A DNA stretch of 63,385 bases, filler included, from Octopus bimaculoides (lineage: Eukaryota), in the NCBI RefSeq assembly GCF_001194135.2. It is 5 parts of 5 records of this genome, joined end to end, with 100 filler letters (N's around TTAATTAATTAA, not from the genome) between each part and the next. Parts side by side here need not be neighbours in the genome. Positions count along the whole stretch, not along the records: positions 1 to 28,320 come from NC_069008.1; positions 28,421 to 50,249 come from NC_068993.1; 3 more parts are not named here. One strand, given 5' to 3'. The notes under the pieces are model-generated. The model ran no database searches. It was given only the letters and a program-made list of their open reading frames with translations, and was not told the origin of the DNA. This document shows positions 25,562 to 37,143 of the stretch, in pieces. The first letter of the stretch is position 1. Every line of letters starts with the position of its first letter. The position numbers and the translations under genes were made by a program.

Positions 25562-26459
25562 TATTTTTCTCCTCAGATCACAATGTATATATATATTGTT
25601 CTTGTTTTCCTTCTTATAGTTTACTCTTACAAAGCTTTTGCTTTGTAAATCATTTTCTTTCAATCTTAAAATATGATAAATATTGAGGATGTATCTTCAG
25701 TTATCCCACCGTCATATGATATTCTGAAATAAGAAAGAAACATCAATGTAAAATATGAAGGCTACTTAAAAAATAGATTCAAAAGTGCAAAATTTACATT
25801 TCTACAGAAATAAATATTTACCTGAACAACTGAACTTATAATTTGACATTGTTGTTTAGACCTGAGGCATTTCTGAGCAGAAATATGATTAAAGACTTTC
25901 CATCCAGTCTTTCCCTTTAGCATTGTATATCTAGGGCTACATCATCCAATACAGTCTTCAATATTCATAAATGAAAGGTGAAATTTAAGAGAAATGCAGT
26001 GTTATTTCTAGTAGGTCAAGTTCCCACATAGAGAGCTATGAAGAAAACTACATTGTTTTTGATTTGGGGTTTAGTCCGACAGTGCAGCACCTTAAGTAAA
26101 TCTCTTCTGCTGTAGCCTCAGGGCAACCAAAGCCATCTGAGTGGATTTGGTAGGCAGAAACTGAAAGAAGACTGTCATGTGTTCTTGTTCTGACATTCCA
26201 TGATAGATGTAGACAAGCATCAATATTTGATTTGATTTCCAGCTTCCATAGAAACATGTCTGGACACACGAAAATATTACCTTACTTCAAAGCTAGTGAG
26301 GAAGGGCATATGGCCGTAAAACTTCTACCTCTATGAATTCAGTCTGACCTGGCCAAGCATGAAAAAGTACCATTTCTAATAATAATAATGATGATGATGA
26401 CTAATTATATTCAGTTTATGGTGTGGCCTGTCTTATCTCTCAAAATAATTCTAATCTGC

Positions 26460-27060
26460 ATCATGAAAATTTGAGGAAACCAAATCAGCATACCTACACA
26501 AATGTGCCCACCTCAGAACCTCCAGAAAAATGGACATTTTTCAACGAATTTTTTACAAATACACTTCAGATTCTGCTCACATCAGAAATGGTTGAGCAAA
26601 TTTTTTCTGTGGGTGGGGAGAGGAGTTTCGAAAAATTCACACAAGTCTGCGTTGTTCTTTAATTTCAGAAAAAAATTACTATTACATTTATATTGAAGTT
26701 AGAAGTGATAAGAAATGGTGAGCACACAAACATACATACTGATAAACATCACAATGTTTGTAGATCGGATGTGCGTCCGTATATGTACGGGCCCAGTTAT
26801 GTGGGATTTTTTTTTTTTCTTTTTCACTTGAAATTCCGATATAATCGTAATCTACACATTCTAAATACCAACTTTGTTTTTTTTAAGTTGTGAAGAAACT
26901 AAGTAGACACGTGTGAATTGATCGATCTTTTCTCCCCACGGAAAAATTATTTTCACAATAAATTCTGCTGTAATCGGAATCTACACCACCTGACAGGTAT
27001 TTGTAGAAAATTTCCTTTCAAAAATTCTATTTTTCACTAAGTTATGAGGAAACGAATTGC
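26460..27060. repeat. Paralogous copy of the 19470-20180 repeat block
   Basis: CTCAGAACCTCCAGAAAAATGGAC, AATCGGAATCTACACCAC and AAGTTATGAGGAAA are shared. Confidence 0.7.
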
Positions 27061-27289
27061 TAGCTGGGTGGGCACACATCGGTAGTGATATCAAGAAACA
27101 AACATTTGATAAATTATAATAACGTATTAGATTCTGAACATTTTATTGGTTGGAGTGTATTTCAGAACAATTTTCAAATTAAGTGGCAACGGAGTGTTGG
27201 AGGTAGCTTCCAGGTAGAAATAGCAGCCAAATCTCGCACAAATGATAGTAATCTCTTTTCCATAGCTAGAAATAGCAGCCAAATCTCGC

Positions 27290-27850
27290 ACAAATCACAG
27301 ACATCTGTCATCCATAAAAGATGAGGGAAACAAGTCAAAAACCGAACGTCTACAGAATTAAAAGATGAAATATTTTCATTGTGTAATACTTACGGATATA
27401 TTTCATAAGGGAAAAAGTTATGAAGTGTGTGTATAATAAGTATTAAACGTACTTTAAGTGTGTGTGTGAAGTAGAGAAGCCCATCAAACGTTAATTAAGA
27501 GAAATTAACGCACGAAATAAACTTGTTCCAATGTGAAAGTGAATGCAGAAGTATAATTAGGGCGGCGAGCTGGCAGAAACGTTAGTACGCCGGGCGAAAT
27601 GCTTAGCGGTATTTCATCTATCTTTACGTTCTGAGTTCAAATTCCGCCGAGGTCGACTTTGCCTTTCATCCTTTCAGGGTCGATAAATTAAGTACCAGTT
27701 ACGCACTGGGGTCGATGTAATCGACTTAATCCCTTTGTCTGTCCTTGTTTGTCCCGTCTATGTTTAGCCCCTTGCGGGCAATAAGAAGTATAATTAATGC
27801 GCATGCGTATCGCTTAATGAAAAACACACGGGAGGTAACTCTTGTTGGAA
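27290..27850 (-). promoter_or_regulatory. Copy 3 of the promoter/leader exon (assigned to ZNF-C), interrupted by a SINE
   Basis: Donor GTAAGT at 27388-27393; NRF1-like TGCGCATGCG at 27798-27807. Confidence 0.6.
27560..27783 (+). mobile_element. Apparently young tRNA-derived SINE with 13-bp TSD
   Basis: TSD AGAAGTATAATTA at 27547-27559 and 27784-27796. Head GGCGGCGAGCTGGCAGAAACGTTAG...GAGTTCAAATTCC. The site is empty in the paralog at ~20628-20640. Confidence 0.92.
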
Positions 27851-27990
27851 ACTTTCGCCTTAATGCAATTCTTTGTTTGATTGTCTGTGCACAACAAAAA
27901 TTTTCTTCAACTAGTTCTAGATATTTTGTGTGAAAGTCATTTTAAGTAATAACACTGATTATAATCCTCATAATTTTCCTGGTTTCAATG

Positions 27991-28025
<35 letters not shown>

Positions 28026-28066
28026 AGAATTTAAGGATTGGAGAAAACGCATGTTATAATTGCATA

Positions 28067-28157
28067 CTTTATTCCTACATATGTTTCAAAGGATTACAAC
28101 CTGTGTGATCCATAGGGATCTTTGATATTAAAATTGTAACCTTCTCATCAGGGAAAG
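28067..28157 (-). ncRNA. Minimal type I hammerhead ribozyme (Penelope-like-element style)
   Basis: Minus strand: TTCC-CTGATGA-[GAAGGTTACAA...TTGTAATCCTTT]-GAAA-C-ATAT-G-TA/GGAA. All core nucleotides are present, with stem I TTCC/GGAA, an 11-bp stem II with one bulge, a palindromic stem III and an overlapping AATAAA. Confidence 0.75.
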
Positions 28158-28320
28158 CATGGGAATCATCTTAAACGTAAGACATTATGACCGATTATGA
28201 AAACAATAGATGGATAAGGTTATGACTTGATTCATTTGAAAAAAACCGTTAGAGAATTGGACGCTGCCGGATAGTGGGTTGGACAACACATACCAATCAA
28301 TGTGTAAGAGCGTACATGCA

Positions 28321-28420
28321 NNNNNNNNNNNNNNNNNNNNNNNNNNNNNNNNNNNNNNNNNNNNTTAATTAATTAANNNNNNNNNNNNNNNNNNNNNNNN
28401 NNNNNNNNNNNNNNNNNNNN
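28321..28420. other. Artificial scaffold spacer (44 N + TTAATTAATTAA + 44 N); also at 50250-50349, 60428-60527 and 62163-62262
   Basis: The identical 100-bp layout occurs four times. Confidence 0.9.
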
Positions 28421-28477
<57 letters not shown>

Positions 28478-28529
28478 TCTATCTATCTATCTATCTATCT
28501 ACAGTTAGATGTATATCTATCTCCTTGTC

Positions 28530-28920
28530 AATGTGTTAACACAAAAAGGAAGCCGGTGTTCAATATTTAGAAGTGGCCGTCGAACCACATCTCGGTCAGC
28601 GGAGAATGTGGTAACAGTGCAAAAAGTGTCTAATCGCAGCCTGAAAAAAATCAACACGTCAAACAGTTTGTGAAAGTGGACTAAAAAGACACACAATACA
28701 TATGGTGTTGCATAAAGAATAAAATTACCGTCCGTGGAAACCCCATTACGTGCAGGAGCTAAAAGCTGAAGACTGTGACCGCAGAATGGAATATGGAGAG
28801 ATAATGTTAGCTTCCAAGAAGTCCAGATCTCACTCCACATGATTTTCAACTGTGGGGTTACACAAAAGAGGAGGTGTACAAGACAAAACCTCGCACACGT
28901 GAGGACATTTCTCCTCCAAA
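28530..28920 (+). mobile_element. Internally deleted Tc1/mariner-superfamily transposase relic
   Basis: SGRRTTSRSAENV (HTH region), HYVQELKAEDCDRR, and PRSPDLTPHDFQLWGYTKEEVYKTKP from 28814. Confidence 0.8.
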
Positions 28921-29457
28921 CAGGATTAGATACAAGAAACAATGCTCACCTCTCTATGTAACAGCTAGACATTGATAAATCTTCCTCCTCCTCCTCCTAC
29001 TACTCCTACTACTCCACCTCCTACTACTACTCCTACTACTCCTACTACTACTACTACTAATACTACTGATATTGCTTTAGCTACTACTGCCTCCGCCTCC
29101 GCCTCCGCCTCCGCCTCCGCCTCCGCCTCCGCCTCCGCCTCCGCCTCCGNNNNNNNNNNNNNNNNNNNNNNNNNNNNNNNNNNNNNNNNNNNNNNNNNNN
29201 NNNNNNNNNNNNNNNNNNNNNNNNNNNNNNNNNNNNNNNNNNNNNNNNNNNNNNNNNNNNNNNNNNNNNNNNNNNNNNNNNNNNNNNNNNNNNNNNNNNN
29301 NNNNNNNNNNNNNNNNNNNNNNNNNNNNNNNNNNTATATATACATATATACATGGTAGTGTCTTTTAAAAATTTCGTTTGAAAATTCTGTTTGTATATAT
29401 GTGCATATACATATACACACATGCATACGTATATGCATGCATATATACATACATACC

Positions 29458-29489
<32 letters not shown>

Positions 29490-30340
29490 TACATACAAAT
29501 GTGTGTATACATAAATATGTGCGTATATGTATACATGTATGCACACATATGTGTGTACACACACACATATGTATTTGTGCCTGTGTTTCTTTGTTTCTCT
29601 GTGGCACTTATTTCTCCCCCCCCCGTCTATAGGAATGTCTAAATGAAGACATACACACGTCTTACATTCTTTTCATCGTAAAATCAAATAATTGTTTTTG
29701 CTATGACGTATCTACTTTGCCTTTAGCAGCTTTTTATTCTGAAGAGAGATCGAGATGAAATACAAAGGTTCTTCAAAGTAAGACATCTTTCCAATAGGCT
29801 GATGTGGAAATGGTGTAAAGTGCCCCCACTATGATGGAACCAAAGGTTTATTTTACGACGTTTTCTATTTTCCCAATGTATCCAGTGTGTATATTTTCAT
29901 TGATGTTTAGTGTTTCGTTTCTTGTATTCCTTTAGGTTGCTTGTCTGTTCTTAGTTTTGAAAATTTCTTGTTAGTCATGTTCAGGAGTTGCTCTGTTCTG
30001 TTTTAAATACGACGTTACTACAAAATCACACACACATACACACAAGCAAACACACATTCACACATTCGCACATTTATTATAAACTTTTATTTGAACTGAG
30101 ACTTCATGTCCCACGTGACAGTTTTATTCAACCAGCGCTAAAAATGCTCTTTCAAACTCAGCACCCTTTTCTAATAATGAACCGTTCCATCTTTTTCCCT
30201 GTATAAGCTCAGAAACAAAATTTTCCATGACTGGTTTAATAAACCGTCAGTAAATGCTCGAAACCCGAATCAAAACCAATTTCACAATACATTTTACTGT
30301 ATTCTTAATATTCAGTTGTACAATCAGCGTATTTGCTACA

Positions 30341-30444
<104 letters not shown>

Positions 30445-31562
30445 CGCACATACACACGCATTCAAACACAAAGATCATTGCATCGAAACAGCTGGAAGGC
30501 CTTGCATCAAATATTCCCGTGGAACCTTTGTTTAAATATTTGTATTTGTTATCGGATTGAAGAGAATGAAGAACAATAGCAAAATAAACATGAAGACATG
30601 ACTGTCTGTTCATTAGTAAATTATAACTAAGATGATCAAATTTAATATGGCGTCTCAGATAACCTGATTCAATATTTGTTTCCATTTAGTTCTGGTCACA
30701 TGACACAGAACGGCGGGAAGTGGGGAGACGCTACGAGGGATAGTAAAAACGTCTCGGGAACGGGTTGGTATTTGTAAAATATATTCCATGACATGCCGAA
30801 TGCTATTGATTTTGTTGCTGTGAGAGAATCTAAAATTACACCAACATATCAGTCATTAATTAATTAATAGAAATCCATTTCATCAGTAATAGAGTATTTA
30901 TTTAATTACAACCATATCACAACTACAACATCTAAACCGGCTAATCCTCGATAAAATAGTTATAAGGTAAACAACACCGAACTGCAAAGGCCACTGGGAA
31001 TACGACATGTCAAAGAGTGATTAGTTAATCAGTTTTGGAGAACTCGCTAATGACCGTCAGTTGATGAGAGATAATTTGTATGAGTTGAAGAGATATAAAA
31101 GAAAAATATTGCGGCTTGCAGTTGTTTCAGAGTAACGGAATGTGGATGTGACGTTAAATTCTTGAAACAGAAACACTTAGCAAACTACGTTGGAAATGGC
31201 TGAAACATTGTCTTCCTTTACGTTTTTCTGGATTAGTGCGAGTAAAAAAGGAATCAAAGTGATAAAAACTTGGATAATCTTCTGTTCTAGACAGAACGCA
31301 CGCTCACATGGACACACACACATACGCACACACACATATGAAGTGGCCAAGCAGGCTTCATATATCACAGTGAGGTGCATTCAATAAAATGAATATAGAG
31401 CTATTTTCTATATTTGTCACAGTTATTCAACTTTCAATAAACCATTGTTTCATTTATGATTAAAGGTGCCCGAGCAAGTTGAGTAAAAGTTTGATGAGAG
31501 ATACTCAACGTATGTAATCAATGTTGAAAATGATAGAATCGATGGTTTGGTAAGCTTCCTAT

Positions 31563-31605
<43 letters not shown>

Positions 31606-31611
31606 CATATC

Positions 31612-31668
<57 letters not shown>

Positions 31669-32287
31669 TGACAAGAAAAGAATGAATGAGACCTCGATAA
31701 TATGTAAATAGAGGAATTTATCTATAGATATATAATATACAGCAATCAGTTGCCATACCAGAAAACTCAGTCACCAGTGTGCTTAAACGGAACAAAATCG
31801 TAACGAACACGGTATAACTTTCGAGCATTCATTATAACTTTAATATCGATATCATTAAATGTCAGTGAATGAACTAGCGAACATTAAAGCTTTAAAAGCA
31901 GAGTTTTCTAACAGAAGGATAAAACTTCACTATATCATATTCAGTGAATTTACAATTATGCTTATCCACTCGGCTATTAAACCACTTGATCAGCGAAATG
32001 CTATTGTTCTATAAAGGTAAACCAGTGGTTTGCATGGCTTTTAAATTAATGGAGCTTAAAATAAATTTACTAATTTTACTTAATTCCATGTTCACAAGAT
32101 TAATGAGTCTCCTCAGGGGATTAAAGTTGTGTTTGTGGCTTTTGAATGTTATCCGCCCCTACATATACGCATTGCTTTCTAAGCACCTACTCACTGTCAT
32201 TCACAATTACGAATATAGATATGTGCATACATATACATATACATATAAATATATACACTGAAGTATATATACAGACACACTAACATC

Positions 32288-32344
<57 letters not shown>

Positions 32345-35300
32345 GTATGTATTGATCTATCTATATAAATATTTACTAAGATTTGGTGTACAAGAAGTAC
32401 CCGTGTAAATGAATAATTTTTAGTGGGTGTAGCTTACACTGCACTACCCCCATCTATTGGTCCAAGAAAACTTTCGCGGTTGTGACATGAAAATTGACAA
32501 AATAGGGAACTTCCAAGGCCTCAGATTTTATTTTGGAGATTTCTTTCTCCTTGGTAGATTAGCAACAACCACGGTTAAAAAGCTCCTACCTGCACACGAG
32601 GTAAGCTATCCCATTCCAGGCATCAACGAGGATAGGGTGACCCCAAAACAACAACACGCCATGAAATGTTTTGTAAAATATTATTAACAATTGTCAGCCA
32701 GAAAAAAAAACAATCTACATACAAAACAAATATATACACGAACAAAAAACCCAATGCCGCACCAGATACCAGAAGAGGTTATCTTCTGCCCCCCACCTCT
32801 TTTCGTGTCCTGGAAGCTCTGTAAATCTCTGAAAATGGCCACGAACAGTGTATCTTTTCTTGACTGAAGGATAAAGAATTATCCCTCCTTTCCTTTTTCT
32901 TTTAGGAGAGCAAGATGGGATTAGAAGGAGATCTGGTTGGCTGGCTGTTATTTCTAGTAGGTTAACCAACAGCCTAAGGACATTTTCGTTGTATTTTGTG
33001 CAGAAACCGAGTAGAAAATCATAATCTCCGTGACCCACAAGTCCAGTTTCGATTGACACTTTGAATTCTTCCTTTCTTGTATTTCACGAATTTTCACAGA
33101 AGTACAAATATTATAATCCCACATTTTGTAGGATTATGATGGTCAGTTGTTGTGGGATTAAAACATACCCACTTCTAGATCAATTCCAATTTTATGAAGA
33201 ATTAAACTAGTTTTCATTTTAAGAGAAAATCTTATCATTTCCGTGCTTCCATACAATTTCCAAATGTATATCAATAATTTAAAAAAACAACAACCTGTTC
33301 TTGTGTTTCTATCGATCATTTCATTAATCCATTGATCTATTGCTGTATTGCTGCAAGAATCAATCATCTCCCCGCCCTGTTCATATCGTCTGTCCCCTTC
33401 CTCCTTTACATTTATCTGATAAAACTGGAAATATCTGTAAATTTCGGGTTCAGCACCCAGTAACCACCCAACCTTGTCTGCAAGTGACATTCTCTACACA
33501 CGAGATTAGAGTTCACTTTTAATGTGTATCTCAGAGTTTGGTGATTTGTGGCAACCGGAAGACTGGATAAAGTGTTGAATTACTAACTCACAGTGCGTGA
33601 GTTCACTTCCGTTGCAGGAGTTTCGTTGCGTCTAAGAGCAGATTACATTTATTCGCGAGACAGCGAGGGAATCCCTAGACGATCACCCAACTTGTGCTTG
33701 AATTCACACCCTACCGTCTCAGAATATAACTGCCTTTGCTGTAATGTGACCCGGGATATATTTTGTCTAAAACCATAAAAGGGATGGCCATGGTTGGATC
33801 ACCTTTGATCATAGGTCTACTCAGTTAGGTTTGATAAGAAGCTAACCTACAGCAACGATGTTATTCATGCAGGGATTGCTTACAAGATATGTAGGGAGAG
33901 TTAAATTTTAAGAGGCTAGCGTCCTTTCACTGAAATGTTAAGGATGATGGAAGAAACAACAGACATAAATAGTTCAGTGGAAATTTAGGCTTAACTGGTT
34001 GTTAATTTCTCTATCCCTACATAGGCACAGAGAATATGTACACACACACACACTTACGCACACACATAAACACATTCATATACACATACATACATTGATT
34101 CATACACACATCCACACATAATCGCTCCACGCACTCATATGGACATGCACGCACATTCTTACATGCATAAACACAATCGCACCACACATGTATGCATAGC
34201 TATCCATCCATCCATCCATCCATCCATCCATCCATCCATCCATCCATCCATCCATCCATCCATCCATCCATCCATAGAGAGAGAAAAATGCATATACATA
34301 CACAAATATCCTGGAAGGAAAGCATTAGATAAATGCATATGTATTGTCTTTATATGGGTGTATTCGACATTGATTCAATGCAGACATTAACCATAGCACC
34401 GACCAATTTCGCATTAAGAGACATCAAAGAAGCAACTTAAAGTCTCTTTTGGAAACCCGTGAAAAATAGCAGAAAGTATGNNNNNNNNNNNNNNNNNNNN
34501 NNNNNNNNNNNNNNNNNNNNNNNNNNNNNNNNNNNNNNNNNNNNNNNNNNNNNNNNNNNNNNNNNNNNNNNNNNNNNNNNNNNNNNNNNNNNNNNNNNNN
34601 NNNNNNNNNNNNNNNNNNNNNNNNNNNNNNNNNNNNNNNNNNNNNNNNNNNNNNNNNNNNNNNNNNNNNNNNNNNNNNNNNNNNNNNNNNNNNNNNNNNN
34701 NNNNNNNNNNNNNNNNNNNNNNNNNNNNNNNNNNNNNNNNNNNNNNNNNNNNNNNNNNNNNNNNNNNNNNNNNNNNNNNNNNNNNNNNNNNNNNNNNNNN
34801 NNNNNNNNNNNNNNNNNNNNNNNNNNNNNNNNNNNNNNNNNNNNNNNNNNNNNNNNNNNNNNNNNNNNNNNNNNNNNNNNNNNNNNGATAACCTTCCCTG
34901 GTGGTGATTGGATGGCGGTGAATTGGCAGTGAATGCAGTGAGGGTTGTGGTGGTGGTGGGGGTGGTGGTGGTACTGATGTTGGTTATTTTATTGGTGGTT
35001 GTGTTGTTGTTGATGACTGGTGTTAATGGATATTTATATAGCCTGATGCTTGCTCTCAATATCGGTTGAGGGCTTTAGCCTATATTTCCTCCTCCTGTGT
35101 AATTTATTTCTAGGCCTGGATACATCGAACAAATTTCATGCTTGAAAATTTCAGCGAAGACATAACGACATTTAAGCTAAAACTAACTGAATGTTTTACA
35201 ATGATATAAGAATCAAACAAATTTAACCCCAGGTCTCTTGGTTGGTGGATAGAGACTTCTGACAATTTCGGTATCCTTGGTAACCATTCTTAATCGATCC

Positions 35301-36320
35301 AAGCCTAAAAATGTCTCTCTATGGGTGGCGCTAACGATCACCATTAACTGTTCAAAAGTTCTTGTGACCATCTGGTATTTCATTTTCAGGCACAGTACAC
35401 CTTAGATTACACTAAGCTAGTGAGATAGCTTTTAAGACGATAGCGGGGAGTTTGAATCAGTTTTGGCTGTTATTTCAAGCAGGGTCGATCGACGATCGAC
35501 GATGCTCCCTCGTAGACTTGATTCAATCGTGATGATGATGATGATGATGGTGGTAATAGTGGTAACGACGACGGCGACGACGGCGACGACGGCGGTAGCG
35601 ATGACGATTATCCAAAACGGTAAAATGTGATTCGCGGTAGATTTGGCTGCGATCTCTAGCAAGATGAGCAATTCGGTGTGAGGTTACAATTCTCCATGGG
35701 TGCCGGATTAATACACTCAACGTAATGTAGACCAGACGAACGGGAAACCACGAGATTGTGAAATAACGTAGAACCTGGACGATGGCTAATAGTGGAATGG
35801 TCGGAGTGGAGGGCGGTGAGAGAGTTGACCATCGAGGCCGGATAATTACCTCCACCTCCAGGAAGTTAATTTCTAGACATTCTCCACGAGACTAATTTAA
35901 TTACTTTGCACCAAAAAAAAAAGACTCTGCTTTCTCTCTTTCTCTCTTTCTTTCTCATCCTCTGTCTCTCCTTCCTCGTCTGCTCTTCTATAGCATGTGC
36001 TGCCCTCTACTGGACACATGATATGACAGAAAATGGTCAAAGCTATTGTGGGACCCAGTAAGAGAAGAATGAACGGCGTAGAACAAAATACCAAAAGAAA
36101 AACTGAAGTGGTGGTGGTGGTGGTGGGGTGAGACAGACGATGGCGGTGGAAGATGCAGTGGGGAGGGTAAGAAGGGGAGAAACAGCGTCCAACAACAGAT
36201 TTGGTTTTTCTTGCTTCACACATGCATTGTACGATGCATGAATTTACGGGTTTTAGACACGCACGCACTCTCATGCACACACAGACACATATACAAGCAC
36301 AAGTGTGCGTGTATGTATAG

Positions 36321-36369
<49 letters not shown>

Positions 36370-36504
36370 TGTGTGTGTGGGTGTGTGGGTGTATGTATAT
36401 GAACGTATATATGAGTACATTTGCACATACACACATATTTACTGACAGGGATGTATATGTGTATATATATATATTTATATCTATATATNNNNNNNNNNNN
36501 NNNN

Positions 36505-36539
<35 letters not shown>

Positions 36540-36546
36540 ATATACG

Positions 36547-36600
<54 letters not shown>

Positions 36601-37099
36601 CTGGTATGTTGATGCGCGCGCGCTTGTGATATTGTGAGTCTGTTTGATTCGAATGAGTTGGAAAGTAGGGGAAGAGAAATGTCGAGATGAAGAGAAGGAG
36701 AAAAAGAAGAGAGCGATGCCGTTGTGGGAGGAGAAAGAGGAAGCGGAGGAGCGAAGATTAATAGAATCTGAAGGGGAAGGAAGAGAGATAAGGGAACAGG
36801 GAGATGGGGGATAGAGAGTAAAAGAGAGCAAGAGAGAGAGAGAGAGAGAGAGAGAGTGAGGAAGAGAGAAGGAAGAATTGAAGAGTTGAAATATTAAGAG
36901 AAATAGATGGAGGGTGTGAGAGCGAGAGATATAAAGAGAAAGAGGGAGAGGGAGAGAGAGAGAGAGAGGAGGAGGAGGAGGAGGAGAAAGTAGGAAAAAA
37001 AGACCATTTGGAAAATAGGTGTGGAGTTGGAGAAGGAGTACATAAGGGTAAGAGGCGGAGGTGTAGAGGAGAGTGGGAGACAGGTGGCGAGTGCAGAGG

Positions 37100-37143
<44 letters not shown>

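Noticed and set aside
15123-25663. N-terminal extensions NYKKENKNNIYIHCDLRRKI of ZNF-B and ZNF-C
   Set aside because: They begin at GTG/TTG, and a 2-nt indel between the paralogs breaks the upstream frame. The first ATG (MEK) is the better start.
29728-29765. CTGAAGAG...GAAA as a second hammerhead
   Set aside because: No convincing stem I, II or III pairing and no NUH triplet in register.
32715-33490. Two minus-strand ORFs of 110-114 aa
   Set aside because: No recognisable motif; possibly a decayed LINE end, but not supportable.
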